From an uncultured bacterium (lineage in GTDB: Bacteria > Verrucomicrobiota > Verrucomicrobiia > Limisphaerales > UBA11358), in contig CAVRPQ010000004.1 in assembly GCA_963723125.1 (NCBI GenBank), forward strand, positions 230,644 through 294,643: a stretch of 64,000 nucleotides of DNA, given 5' to 3'. Position numbers and translations under genes: made by a program. The notes beneath the pieces are model-generated. The model was not told where the DNA came from and made no database searches. It saw nothing but the letters and a program-made list of their open reading frames with translations. This document shows positions 1-10,086 of the stretch, piece by piece (within the stretch, counting starts at the first letter, position 1; every line of letters starts with the position of its first letter).

Positions 1-3000
1 TGATTCAGGGGAAGGACAAATCGAATGGTGACTCCCCGTCCCACCTGGGATTCGATCAAACAACGCCCGCCAATATCAGCCAATCGTCGAGACATGTTAC
101 GAAGGCCATTGCAAGTGGCCGCCCGGGAGTCCGCCACCGCAGGATCAATCACCGATGGATTAAATCCGTCGCCATTGTCGGAGACGACAATTTCCAACGC
201 GGCGCCATCATAAACCACGAAAACACTGATCTGGCTTGCGTGGGAGTGCTTGAGCGCATTGGTAAAAGCCTCATGCACGGCCAGCAACAAATGATGGCGC
301 CATTGTGAGGAAAGCGGGTAGGGCGGCAACCGTTCAGGAATATCCACTTTGCATTCGATGCCGGTTTCCTGAAAATATTCCTGGGCATAATGCCCGAGGT
401 AGGAGGCCACGTGTTCCAACGTGTCGTTTTGCGGATTGACCGCCCAGACGATTTCATCCAGCGAATGGAGCACATCGCGGGAAGCGTCCGAAATGGAAAC
501 TATTTGATGCTGTAACTCCGGTGACACGCCGTGATTTCTCCGGGCGTCTTCGCTCAGAAATGAAATCCGGCATAGTTTGGCACCCATTTCATCATGCAGG
601 TCCTGAGCGATGCGGGTCCGCTCCCGCTCCAGCGCACGTTCCTGCTCGAGTTGTTGCAACCGGTGTTGCAATCGGCGTTTTACCGCAAAGCGGACCACAC
701 CCACCACCAGAGCCAAAAGCGTCAGGGCGGACAAACCAAGGAACCACCACGTCTGCCAGAAGAATTTAGAAACGGCCAAAGCCAGGGTGGCGCCGGTTTC
801 ATTCCAAAGCCCGTCGGCGTTGCAGGCGATGACGTGAAACTGATAGCTGCCCGGCGGGACATAACTATAAAAGGCGACCCGCCGGTTCCCAGCCTCCACC
901 CAATCGGAATCCAGGCCTTCAAGCCGGTAACGAAAACGAATGCGTTCCGGCGCGTCAAACCCAAGCGCAGTATATTGGAATTCGATGCGATGTTCGCCCG
1001 GTCCCAATTTCAAAACCGTGTCGTTTGATTCCGCGGATTCCAGCTTTTCATCCTTTTTACCAGGCACCGTGCGGGCAACCTGGAATCCGAAACTCGGAAC
1101 GCCATCCACCAGAACTTCCTCCAGCAACACCGTCGGCACCGGCATCCGTGACAAATTCACCTGCGGATCAACAACCACGACGCCCTTTAAAGTAGGGAAC
1201 CAAAGCTGGCCTGATTGAGATTTCAAACCCGCCGGACAAAATCCTCCCGAGCATTCTTCCGACAGCATCCCTTCCGCCCGGCCATAAACTTGCGGATAAA
1301 CGGCGGGCATTTTGCCTCCCGCCAATTCCTCCAGTTCGGTTTTACCCACGCAATTGATACCACGATTGCTTCCCAGCCAAAGCTGGCCCTTGCCGTCCTC
1401 CAGAATTTCCGAAATCGTATTGTCCGGCAGCCCCTCACGGGTGGTCAGGGTGGTCATATGGCCATGCCGCCACCAGCTCAAGCCGCCGCCAGCCGTGCCA
1501 ATCCAGAGCGTGCCTTGGGCGTCCAGATAAAGTGCGCGGATCAGATCGCTCAGCAGCCCGTTGCCAGTGTCCAGATGCGCGCATATGCCCCCCTTGAACT
1601 CGTACACTCCGTCACCTTCGGTCCCGACCCACACGGCGCCATTAGTAACCGGAACGATGGCAGTAATGGCGTGAAGCAAATTCGTCTGCGCCTCCCACTT
1701 TTCGTTTTCAAGCCGCCATATTTGTCCTTCACGCGTTCCCACCCACAAGCCACGTCCCTGATCCTCACATAAAGAAACAATGTTCTCGCCGGGCAGCGGG
1801 AACAATTCCGCCTTGTCCGTCGTTTTCGTTGGGTTGCTAAAATGCAGGAGGCCGTCAACACCAGCCACCCAGCAACTGCCATCACGGGACGCCAGCAGGG
1901 TGTTTATTTGCTGGCCCATGGTGGACAAGTTGGCGGACATGAGCCGGCTGAAATTTCTTCCATCCCAGCGATACAAACCATCGCCCGGCTTGCCCGCCCA
2001 AATCACACCAGGTGCAATTTCCGCCAGGCCGTCCACCGCGCCATAACCCAATCCTTGTTTTTGGTCATAGGCGAAAAGATTCTTCTGCCGCAACAGATTT
2101 AAACCCACCTCCGTGCCGACCCATAAGTTGCCGTCCCGATCCACCAACAACGACTCCACGGCATTGTCCGAAAGGCCGCTGCTGGCGTTGATCGTTATCA
2201 GTTTCCCGTCCTTGAATTCAAGCAACCCCTCGCTCACGGAACCCGCCCAAACCGTCCCGTCCGGTTCCTCGCCCAGTGCACAGGCATAGGAACGGGCGAA
2301 GTGGCGCGGAATTCGGTAAGGACGCCACTGCCCGCCATCGCGGCACAAAACAAAATCGTCCCCCGCCCCAATCCAGACCCGGCCCTGCTTGTCCACCAGC
2401 AACGAACGTGGGTCCTGCAACAATTCTTTGGTCGAGGCGTCTGCCAGCGGAATGAACTTCCCGGCTTGATATTTGAACACACCGGCATCCGTAGCACCCA
2501 ACCACATGTTCCCCTCCTGATCCTTGAACAAGGCGGTAACGGCCTTGCCTTTGAATTCTTCCGCAGCCTCGAGGGAGGTTAATTGCCCATTTTGCCACAA
2601 GGCCAATCCTGCGTCCGTGCCAATCCACAGCCGGCCTTCATTGTCCTCTGCCAGCGTGCTGATTGAGTCAGAGGGCAATCCGTCCGCCGTTGTAAAGGTC
2701 GTAAAGTGTCCCCCCTGCCAGCGAATCAGGCCTTCGCCAACGGTCCCAATCCACAGCGACCCGTGGCTGTCTCCAAACAAAGTGCGAACCGGTCCGCTGG
2801 GCAATCCTTCCGGCAGGCCATAGGACACAAACCGCACGCCGTCAAAGCGCGCCACGCCATCATCCGTTCCCACCCATAAGTAACCGTCGCGGGTTTGCGC
2901 CAGTGCCCGGACGCGATCCTGCGGCAAGCCTTGTTCGCTCCGCCAGGACTGGAAAGTGAACAGTGGTTCTCCCTTCCCCAATTCACGATTTTCCATCCCG

Positions 3001-3686
3001 GTCTCGTTGCCGTTGATGGCCACCAAATCGCCAAACGAAGTCGCAATGGCCATGTCGTTGAAGATCCAGCCATCTCCCCCGCCGCCGTGACGCAGGTGAA
3101 TTTCGTTGAAGGTGGCTTTGGCTTTGAAACGGGTAATCAAGTTTTCCGGCTGGGCCGCTTCCGTGGCGCCCGGGCCAAGATCAGGATTCAGCCACACGGT
3201 CACGAGATCATCGTCACCGGGAATGTATTGCACCTTGAAGACAATGGTGCATTCAATGCCTCGATGCGGATTCTCGTAAATGATCGGCGTCCCCGAAGTG
3301 GAAGGTTCCGGCCGGGAAGAATGCAAATCAATATAATCTGCGCCTTCGTGCGATTGCCCGGTGGCATCGGCCCGATACGCGCTGTAAGCCCAGGCTTTCA
3401 GGGCGTTGCCGATGCCCAGGCGTTCCTTGTCACCTTCATACAACTCGAAAGCGGCGAAATACTCTTCTGTGCTCGCGTCCGACAGCGGGTCCACGTGCAC
3501 TTTGAAATAGAGCGTGTTGGTGGAAGCATCATCCTCTTTTACCGCCCCACCCAAAATATCAAACCCTGCCCCCGTGTCATGAACCAGGGTCGTGCCCAAA
3601 TCACTCCACAACACAACCGCCTGCGTCGCAGTAACGCCGGTTAATATCCCCAGGAGCAACGACCACTTTATGCAACGACGGATCAT
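1..3686 (-). CDS. Sensor histidine kinase with two-component-regulator beta-propeller repeats, HisKA_3-type dimerisation region and HATPase_c; C-terminus runs off the left edge
   Basis: It is missing from the ORF track because no stop codon lies inside the window. My minus-strand translation from the ATG at 3686 opens MIRRCIKWSLLLGILTGVTATQAVVLWS (signal/TM). It shows repeated propeller units, e.g. in 2580-2940: RDGYLWVGTDDGVARFDGVRF, GSLWIGTVGEGLIRWQGG, GRLWIGTDAGLALWQNG. It ends at the edge in LEIVVSDNGDGFNP...GNGLRNMSRRLADIGGRCLIESQVGRGVTIRFVLPLN. The + strand ORFs listed across this interval are antisense shadows. Confidence 0.85.
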   Translation of the reverse strand, partial: MIRRCIKWSLLLGILTGVTATQAVVLWSDLGTTLVHDTGAGFDILGGAVKEDDASTNTLYFKVHVDPLSDASTEEYFAAFELYEGDKERLGIGNALKAWAYSAYRADATGQSHEGADYIDLHSSRPEPSTSGTPIIYENPHRGIECTIVFKVQYIPGDDDLVTVWLNPDLGPGATEAAQPENLITRFKAKATFNEIHLRHGGGGDGWIFNDMAIATSFGDLVAINGNETGMENRELGKGEPLFTFQSWRSEQGLPQDRVRALAQTRDGYLWVGTDDGVARFDGVRFVSYGLPEGLPSGPVRTLFGDSHGSLWIGTVGEGLIRWQGGHFTTFTTADGLPSDSISTLAEDNEGRLWIGTDAGLALWQNGQLTSLEAAEEFKGKAVTALFKDQEGNMWLGATDAGVFKYQAGKFIPLADASTKELLQDPRSLLVDKQGRVWIGAGDDFVLCRDGGQWRPYRIPRHFARSYACALGEEPDGTVWAGSVSEGLLEFKDGKLITINASSGLSDNAVESLLVDRDGNLWVGTEVGLNLLRQKNLFAYDQKQGLGYGAVDGLAEIAPGVIWAGKPGDGLYRWDGRNFSRLMSANLSTMGQQINTLLASRDGSCWVAGVDGLLHFSNPTKTTDKAELFPLPGENIVSLCEDQGRGLWVGTREGQIWRLENEKWEAQTNLLHAITAIVPVTNGAVWVGTEGDGVYEFKGGICAHLDTGNGLLSDLIRALYLDAQGTLWIGTAGGGLSWWRHGHMTTLTTREGLPDNTISEILEDGKGQLWLGSNRGINCVGKTELEELAGGKMPAVYPQVYGRAEGMLSEECSGGFCPAGLKSQSGQLWFPTLKGVVVVDPQVNLSRMPVPTVLLEEVLVDGVPSFGFQVARTVPGKKDEKLESAESNDTVLKLGPGEHRIEFQYTALGFDAPERIRFRYRLEGLDSDWVEAGNRRVAFYSYVPPGSYQFHVIACNADGLWNETGATLALAVSKFFWQTWWFLGLSALTLLALVVGVVRFAVKRRLQHRLQQLEQERALERERTRIAQDLHDEMGAKLCRISFLSEDARRNHGVSPELQHQIVSISDASRDVLHSLDEIVWAVNPQNDTLEHVASYLGHYAQEYFQETGIECKVDIPERLPPYPLSSQWRHHLLLAVHEAFTNALKHSHASQISVFVVYDGAALEIVVSDNGDGFNPSVIDPAVADSRAATCNGLRNMSRRLADIGGRCLIESQVGRGVTIRFVLPLN

Positions 3687-4248
3687 CTCGACCGCGGCAA
3701 AACGCCATTATTTTCTCCGTTGGCCAAGTACGGCAACAACAAACCGCATGCCATCGGCATGGCTGGATAGCGTATCATGATTTAATTTTATGCCGAAACC
3801 AAATCTGCGGCCAACAAATAAATCGGCGAACCAAACCCGCCATCAGGTTGAATGGCTTACTCTGATGGCGACCTGCCGCCTGGCAGGAAAGAAGCGCATG
3901 AAAACAAAAATCCACATTGTCCCACCATACGCCTTTCGGAAATGAGCCGGAACGATCTAAAACAAATGCAATGATTTCCGTCTGCCATTTTTAACGACCA
4001 GGCGTCCGTCCAAAAATCACTGGCGATTCCTGTCCCGGCGTCACCGCGGTGGTGTTTGTAGATGGACAGGTGTGCGCGTATTCATCACGGTCCGCGGCAA
4101 TCAGTTAACTCAATTCAGTTTAAAGCAAGAAAAGAGTGAAAGTAGTCACATGAATCGGGGACATCTTTCGGCACGTAATTGTACAACTTCTTCCGTAAAA
4201 ACGGCTGTGCCGAAAGAGCTTTCCCGTCAAGCGGCTTAGAGCCTGCAT

Positions 4249-4491
4249 TTATTGATATTTTACAAATGAAAGTTTTCCCGGGGCACAAACAATTGATTGC
4301 CCGGCCACAATAAAGGCATGGTCACTTTTATTGAGCCCTTCGGCAGTGACGGTCACATCCTTTTGGGTGATTTTTACGGAAAACCTGTCACCCTTATAAG
4401 CCAGGTTGAAATGCAGGGCTTTCCATTTCTTATACCATTTCGGATTAATGACGACCTGTTCCGCACTCGCCCTGAGCCCCTCCAAAACCAA
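4249..4491 (-). CDS. GH65 C-terminal beta-sandwich domain fragment, out of frame with 4445..6553
   Basis: LRASAEQVVINPKWYKKWKALHFNLAYKGDRFSVKITQKDVTV continues the GH65 protein after ...GGAWMTAVFGFGG. The frames switch in a C4 run at 4477-4480. Confidence 0.7.
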   Translation of the reverse strand: MVLEGLRASAEQVVINPKWYKKWKALHFNLAYKGDRFSVKITQKDVTVTAEGLNKSDHAFIVAGQSIVCAPGKLSFVKYQ

Positions 4492-6553
4492 ATACGGCCG
4501 TCATCCAGGCTCCACCGTTTGCCGCCGGGTGAGAACCTCCGATAAAAATGGTTCCCACATGTGTCTTATATTCAGCTTCAATATCAATTTTCGCCGTTTT
4601 AAGAAAATAGTTGTATGCCCGGTCCAATTTGCCGATGTCGGCGGCAACCATGGCATAGGCGCAGGCACTGAGACTGGAACCATGTTCCGTGCGCGGTTCA
4701 TAATATTCCCAGTTCGCCTTTTTTATCTTTTCGGAATAACGGTCCTTGAACAGGTACAACATCATGACCACATCCGCCTGTTTGATGATTTTCGTCGGAA
4801 CGGCCAATCCCTGGCCTGCCCCCAGGTATTCATTGGGATGCATCATGCGGGCCTTTAATGCTTCGATGGTCGTCTCTTTTAATTTGTAGTAGGCATCAAA
4901 TTGCTCAATCACCCCGTTTTTTTCGTCCGGTTGCTGAACGTAAAGCAAATCTGCTGCTTCCACGAACAACGGCAATTCACCGGCGATATCCATTTTCTTG
5001 ACCAGCGCTTTGAACTGACCCGGATATTTTTGCTTCAGGTAATTTGCCGCGGCATTCGCGATTTCGAACGTGGTTTTTACCACCATGCTGGTGAAGGCGT
5101 TGTTGTTTACGCGTTCGTGGTATTCGTCCGGCCCGACTACATCCAGAATTTCATACCTCGTTTTGTCTTTCTTGAAGTAAGCGTATGAATGGTAAAAACG
5201 GGCGCATTCCAGAATGACTTCGGCGCCACCTTCCAATAACAAGGAGTCGTCGCCGGTAATCTTGAAATATTCCCACATCGCGATGGCCACATCGCCGCTA
5301 ATGTGCACCTGCTTGTCCCGGAAGTGGGTGCGCAAATCCCTTTTGGTAAAAGGATCTCCGATGTTGAAATACGTGCAGGCGTCATCACCCGATTCCTGGC
5401 TCTCCCAGGCATAGAAAGCGCCTCGATATCCCACCCCTTCGGTTTTGGCTTTCCGACGCGCGCCGTCCAAAGTTTTGATGCGATAGCGCATCAATTCAAC
5501 CGCCTTCTCAGGACAGGTGTACAAAAAAAACGGGAACATGAACATCTCGGTGTCCCAGAAGATGGCCCCCTTGTAAACTTGCCCTGACAGGGCGCGGGCA
5601 GGAATGGAATTTGCGCTGCCGTTGACCGGAGCGACCATTAAGAGCTGGAAGATGCTGTATCTAAGGGCTTGCTGGGCTTCATCGTCACCCTCAATTTTCA
5701 CATCGCAATAATTCCATTTCTTCACCCATTGTGCGTTGTGCCGGCTCAAACATTCGTCGTAACCGGAAGCCTTCACCGCCTGAACGCTCTTGATTGCCGC
5801 TGCTTTTACCGAAGTTTTAACAGGGTCATTGTCCGTATAAATGGCGAAATACTTGTAAAACGTGTATGTTTTGTTTGCTTCCGCATCCAGCTCGATCACT
5901 CGGAGGTTTTTATTGCCACTGATCTCATGAGTTTCCCTCCCAAAATGAAGGTCAATCACTTCGGCTACCGCCACTTTCTTCGAAGTTTCGCCGGTGATGC
6001 CATGAACCAGCAGTATGCCATTTTGTTTCTTCGCGGTCAGCTTTAACAGATGCGGCCCATTTAAATCCCAGATGTTATAATCAATTCCAGTGCGGATCCT
6101 GACGCTGGCAGCTTTATCAACCGTCAGACTGTATTTAATTACTCCCAAATGGGGTTGGTCGGCGCTCAGGAACCGTGTGGATTTGATCTTCAGAATCTTT
6201 CCCTGGGAATTGAAATCCGTCTCCCGTTCGAAAACAGCATCTTCAAGGTTCAGATTCTGGCGGTGCCTTTTAATTCTGGTTGAGAGCGCTGAAATATCCT
6301 TTCCGTCAAGGGTAACTTTTGTAAAACCGCCATTGGGGGCGTTAACCGGTTCCCGCCAGGCGTCGCCGACCCGGTCGTAAATGCCGGCCAGGGTGGTTCC
6401 CACCAGTTCATCCGGCCCGAATTCATCCAGCGTTCCCCGATAACCCATGTATCCATTCGCAATCTGATACACATTACCATGGCGCATGATACTTTCCTTT
6501 TCCCTGGAGAATTCATCGGTGCTCACCTGCCAAAGGTTGCTCATACGAATCAT
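4445..6553 (-). CDS. Glycoside hydrolase family 65 disaccharide phosphorylase (kojibiose/maltose/trehalose/nigerose phosphorylase family)
   Basis: This 702-aa ORF has GH65-like N-terminal and (alpha/alpha)6 regions (NGYMGYRGTLDEF..., RDKQVHISGDVAIAMWEY, GGSHPAANGGAWM). Its start overlaps the upstream MFS stop in an ATGA. It lies beside a beta-phosphoglucomutase-family gene. Confidence 0.85.
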   Translation of the reverse strand: MIRMSNLWQVSTDEFSREKESIMRHGNVYQIANGYMGYRGTLDEFGPDELVGTTLAGIYDRVGDAWREPVNAPNGGFTKVTLDGKDISALSTRIKRHRQNLNLEDAVFERETDFNSQGKILKIKSTRFLSADQPHLGVIKYSLTVDKAASVRIRTGIDYNIWDLNGPHLLKLTAKKQNGILLVHGITGETSKKVAVAEVIDLHFGRETHEISGNKNLRVIELDAEANKTYTFYKYFAIYTDNDPVKTSVKAAAIKSVQAVKASGYDECLSRHNAQWVKKWNYCDVKIEGDDEAQQALRYSIFQLLMVAPVNGSANSIPARALSGQVYKGAIFWDTEMFMFPFFLYTCPEKAVELMRYRIKTLDGARRKAKTEGVGYRGAFYAWESQESGDDACTYFNIGDPFTKRDLRTHFRDKQVHISGDVAIAMWEYFKITGDDSLLLEGGAEVILECARFYHSYAYFKKDKTRYEILDVVGPDEYHERVNNNAFTSMVVKTTFEIANAAANYLKQKYPGQFKALVKKMDIAGELPLFVEAADLLYVQQPDEKNGVIEQFDAYYKLKETTIEALKARMMHPNEYLGAGQGLAVPTKIIKQADVVMMLYLFKDRYSEKIKKANWEYYEPRTEHGSSLSACAYAMVAADIGKLDRAYNYFLKTAKIDIEAEYKTHVGTIFIGGSHPAANGGAWMTAVFGFGGAQGECGTGRH

Positions 6554-8052
6554 GCGTCTTTAACATTGTCTTTCACAAAGACCATCAGGACGCCGGAAAC
6601 AATCATGGCCGCGCCGCCCAACACAATGGCGTAGATGGCCTGTCCATGGAAGACCGTCCGCACCAGCAAACCCAGGATGGCTGAGGCCAGAATTTGAGGG
6701 ATGACCACAAATAAATTAAACATGCCCATGTACACGCCCATTTTGTTATGCGGCACCGCCGTGCTGAGAATGGCATACGGCATGGTCAGGAGGCTGGCCC
6801 AGGCGATGCCAACGCCGGTCATGGACAGAATCAATAAATCCGGGTCCTTGAAAAAGTACATGGAGATCAGGCCCAGTCCTCCGATGATCAAACAAATCAC
6901 ATGGGTGACCACCCGGCTGGTTTTCCTGGCCACCAGTGGGAGCAGAAAAGCCACGAGCGCGGCCACACCGTTGTAAACCGCCATTAATACGCCCACCCAA
7001 TTGGCGCCGTCGTTGTAAAGGTCCGAGTGGGCATCGGTGCTGTGAAAATGAAAGCTGGTAACGGCGGAAGTCGAATAGATAAACATGGCAAACAAGGCAA
7101 ACCACGTGAATACCGTCACCAAAGCGAGTTGCTTCATGGTTTTGGGCATGTTCTTCAAGTCATAAATGATTTCCACCATCCCGCCAATTTTGCCCATCGA
7201 GTAACGCCAGGCGGCTGCCAACTGTAAAGCGCCGTAAACGGATATCCCGAACGACAGGATGTAGAGGCCTTGATACCAGCTCAATTCCTTTATGAGACAG
7301 GTAAATATCAAACCAAACACCAATAAAACCGCCCCTTCGCCAGAGTACCTTGCGGTATTCAACTTGATCTCGGAACCCTCTTTGGCCGCGGCATCAGTTT
7401 CATGCACATTGAATTCCGCCTGCTCTTCGGGCGAATACTCCTTGACGGAAAAGATGGTCCATAAAACGGTGAGCAGGAATACAACGCCACCGATATAGAA
7501 GGACCACTTTACGGAAGGAGGAATCTGGCCTTCCGCTGCGGTGTTGGCGATATGAAGGCATTTTGTGAACAAATAAGGCAGAATCGAAGCGATGATTGAA
7601 CTGGCGCCGATAAAAAAGGTTTGAACGGCGAACCCTTTGGTTCTTTGTTCCTCGGGCAGCATATCGCCAATAAACGCCCGGAACGGTTGCATCGTGACAT
7701 TGATGGACCCGTCCATCATCCATAACATCCCCGCCGCAACCCAAAGGGCCGGCGAATTGGGCATCACCAGCAAAGCCAGGGATGACAGTATCGCGCCCGC
7801 CAGGAAGTAAGGCTTCCGCCGCCCCAGCCGGTTCCAGGTTTTATCGCTCATGTGGCCAATGATGGGCTGGATGAGCAATCCCGACACAGGAGCGGCAATC
7901 CACAAAATCGGGATGTTATCAACCTTGGCGCCGAGGGTTTCGAATATCCGGCTGACATTTGCATTCTGCAGGGCAAAACCAAACTGAATGCCCACGTAGC
8001 CAAAACTCATGTTCCATAATTGCCAGAAGTCTAATCGCGGTTTTTTTTTCAT
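6550..8052 (-). CDS. MFS transporter, SLC45/GPH-like disaccharide:H+ symporter
   Basis: This 500-aa polytopic protein has the GHMSDKTWNRLGRRKPYFLAG motif typical of sucrose/maltose-type MFS symporters. It sits between the HAD and GH65 genes with an ATGA overlap. Confidence 0.8.
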   Translation of the reverse strand: MKKKPRLDFWQLWNMSFGYVGIQFGFALQNANVSRIFETLGAKVDNIPILWIAAPVSGLLIQPIIGHMSDKTWNRLGRRKPYFLAGAILSSLALLVMPNSPALWVAAGMLWMMDGSINVTMQPFRAFIGDMLPEEQRTKGFAVQTFFIGASSIIASILPYLFTKCLHIANTAAEGQIPPSVKWSFYIGGVVFLLTVLWTIFSVKEYSPEEQAEFNVHETDAAAKEGSEIKLNTARYSGEGAVLLVFGLIFTCLIKELSWYQGLYILSFGISVYGALQLAAAWRYSMGKIGGMVEIIYDLKNMPKTMKQLALVTVFTWFALFAMFIYSTSAVTSFHFHSTDAHSDLYNDGANWVGVLMAVYNGVAALVAFLLPLVARKTSRVVTHVICLIIGGLGLISMYFFKDPDLLILSMTGVGIAWASLLTMPYAILSTAVPHNKMGVYMGMFNLFVVIPQILASAILGLLVRTVFHGQAIYAIVLGGAAMIVSGVLMVFVKDNVKDA

Positions 8053-8070
8053 TTAAATCTGTCAAGGGTT

Positions 8071-8850
8071 TTAGCGGCCAGCGCACCTCCATGCCGGTTT
8101 TGACTCGGTGAGCTGATTGATTTTGTCCACGGTCAGTTCTGAGAGATCCGCCACCACAAAATCCGCACCGTTCCTGGCCAACTCCTGCGCGTTATTTTCC
8201 CGAGCTACCCCGATGACCAAACCAAAATTCCCTTTGCGGCCGGCCTGAACGCCTGAAACCGCATCCTCGACGACGATGGCACGATGATATTTAACCCCGA
8301 GTTTGTCACTCGCCGTGGTGAAGATGTCCGGTTCGGGTTTGCCTTTTAATCCCAGTCCGGCTGAAACCAAGCCATCAACCCGGGCCTCAAACAAACCGGC
8401 TATTCCCGCCTTTTCAAGGATGGCCACGCAGTTTTTGCTGGATGTGGCAACACCCACCTTGACCCCTTTTCCCAATAACTCCTTGATCAATTTTACCGTG
8501 GAGTCATAGATGCCAATCCCTTCTTCTTCGAGCACCTGATTAAAAAACTCGTTTTTCCGATTCCCCAGCCCGCAAACTGTTTCCCGCTTCGGTTCATCTT
8601 CGGGTTTACCGAATGGAATGTTTATTCCCCTTGATTTTAAGAACACGTCCACTCCTTTGTACCTCGGCCGGCCATCCACAAAAGACAAATAATCGCCGGC
8701 GTGGGTAAATTCGCGGAACGGTTCATGGTATTTGCTCTCCCGATAATGGAGATATTCATCAAACATCTTTTTCCAGGCCAGTGAATGAACGACGGCGGTC
8801 TTGGTGATAACGCCATCCATATCAAAAATCACCGCATCAAAATTCAACAT
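8071..8850 (-). CDS. Beta-phosphoglucomutase-family HAD hydrolase
   Basis: It has the N-terminal DxDG motif (VIFDMDGVITKT), GVATSSKN and VVEDAVSGVQAGRKGNFGLVIGV. It is the first gene of the operon with the MFS and GH65 genes. Confidence 0.8.
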   Translation of the reverse strand: MLNFDAVIFDMDGVITKTAVVHSLAWKKMFDEYLHYRESKYHEPFREFTHAGDYLSFVDGRPRYKGVDVFLKSRGINIPFGKPEDEPKRETVCGLGNRKNEFFNQVLEEEGIGIYDSTVKLIKELLGKGVKVGVATSSKNCVAILEKAGIAGLFEARVDGLVSAGLGLKGKPEPDIFTTASDKLGVKYHRAIVVEDAVSGVQAGRKGNFGLVIGVARENNAQELARNGADFVVADLSELTVDKINQLTESKPAWRCAGR

Positions 8851-9369
8851 ATTGCATTAATTGTGCAAGGCGCCACGCTACATTCTGATTCCGAGCGCAT
8901 TGGGCGGTTGCCTGGCAATTTGACTGTGCCAACACAAAAACACCCAGTGGCCTGTTGGGAAGACAAGCCGTTCCGGTTAAAGACCAGGTGTAAAACTTGA
9001 ATAGAACTTGCCTAAATTCTGCACTGGTCGAAAGTCGCATGAACTGGCGACGGGCACCCTGCGAAATTGTGCTCCAGTCCTTTGGCAATCGTCGCCACCA
9101 TCAACCAAAATTTGTCTGGGAAATTAACACCGCGTCGGCGCAAACCACGAGGGCGGTGTCATCAGATTGAGCGACATGGCGGAAACAGTCGGAAGAATTA
9201 GTTTACCATGGCGTGGTTTAAGACCACACGGGCATGTCGCAATTCGACCATTGGGATTCAATGAAGTTGTCAGCCCTGTTAAAGGGTTCTGCGGTTGCCC
9301 GCGGTCCATCCCAAAAATATAAACCGGGAAACCAATCAACCACGGAAAGTGAACAGAAAACGTTTGCAT

Positions 9370-10086
9370 TTACATTTTGGTAATGCCTTCGCGAACCCAT
9401 TGCACAGCGTGCAGAATCAACTCAGTGGAGTTTTTAAGATTGAGCTTTTCCTTGATCCGGTTGCGGAAGGAATTGATGGTCGTAATGGTCAGGTTCAGTT
9501 CCTCGGCGATTTGACGGGTGGGCTTGCCTTCTCCCAGCATCCGAAAGACCTCGAGTTCGCGGTCACTTAACGTTTCGATCGGCGACACCGGTTGACTGGT
9601 CCGGTTGCCCAGCATGAATTTGGCGAGCATCGTTGCGGACATCTTGTCACTTAAATGAATATCTCCCCCCAACACCTTGCGGATGGCAACTTTTACTGTT
9701 TTGGCGGGTTCCTGCTTCATGACATAACCCATGGCTCCAGCGCGCAAGGCGCGCTCGGCATAAAGCGATTCTTCGTGCATGGAAACCACCAGCACAGGTA
9801 AATCTTCAAACTCCGCCTTGAGGTTTTTAATGAGGTCAATGCCGGTTGTGCCGGAAAGTGAAATATCGGCGATGACGAGATCCGGCTTCTTCTCGCGAAT
9901 TTCACGCATGGCTTCGTCGGCATCCGCAACATCGCCGCACACGGTCAGGTCGGGCTCGCGCTCAATGAGTTGACGCATTCCTTCCCGGAACATGGCGTGG
10001 TCGTCCACCAGGAACACGCGGCTTTTGGCCCCCGGGCGGGAGCCTTCCTGCGTTTTGTCATCTGAACTGGCAGCTAATGGCATCAT
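9370..10086 (-). CDS. NarL/FixJ-family response regulator (REC + LuxR-type HTH)
   Basis: REC motifs are VFLVDDH...DLVIADISLSG. The C-terminal HTH reads LSDRELEVFRMLGEGKPTRQIAEELNLTITTINSFRNRIKEKL. Its start overlaps the kinase stop in an ATGA. Confidence 0.9.
   Translation of the reverse strand: MMPLAASSDDKTQEGSRPGAKSRVFLVDDHAMFREGMRQLIEREPDLTVCGDVADADEAMREIREKKPDLVIADISLSGTTGIDLIKNLKAEFEDLPVLVVSMHEESLYAERALRAGAMGYVMKQEPAKTVKVAIRKVLGGDIHLSDKMSATMLAKFMLGNRTSQPVSPIETLSDRELEVFRMLGEGKPTRQIAEELNLTITTINSFRNRIKEKLNLKNSTELILHAVQWVREGITKM

Noticed and set aside
594-3644. Several + strand ORFs (594..1028, 1215..1772, 2895..3644 and others) cover the first 3.7 kb.
   Set aside because: They have Arg/Pro/Gly-rich nonsense composition. 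They lie antisense to a continuous minus-strand frame with clear propeller and HATPase motifs. They are shadow ORFs of a GC-rich gene.
4165-4216. An inverted repeat CTTTCGGCAC...GTGCCGAAAG lies downstream of the GH65 gene and could be a terminator.
   Set aside because: The loop is 32 nt and no U-tract follows on the minus strand, so it is too weak to call.
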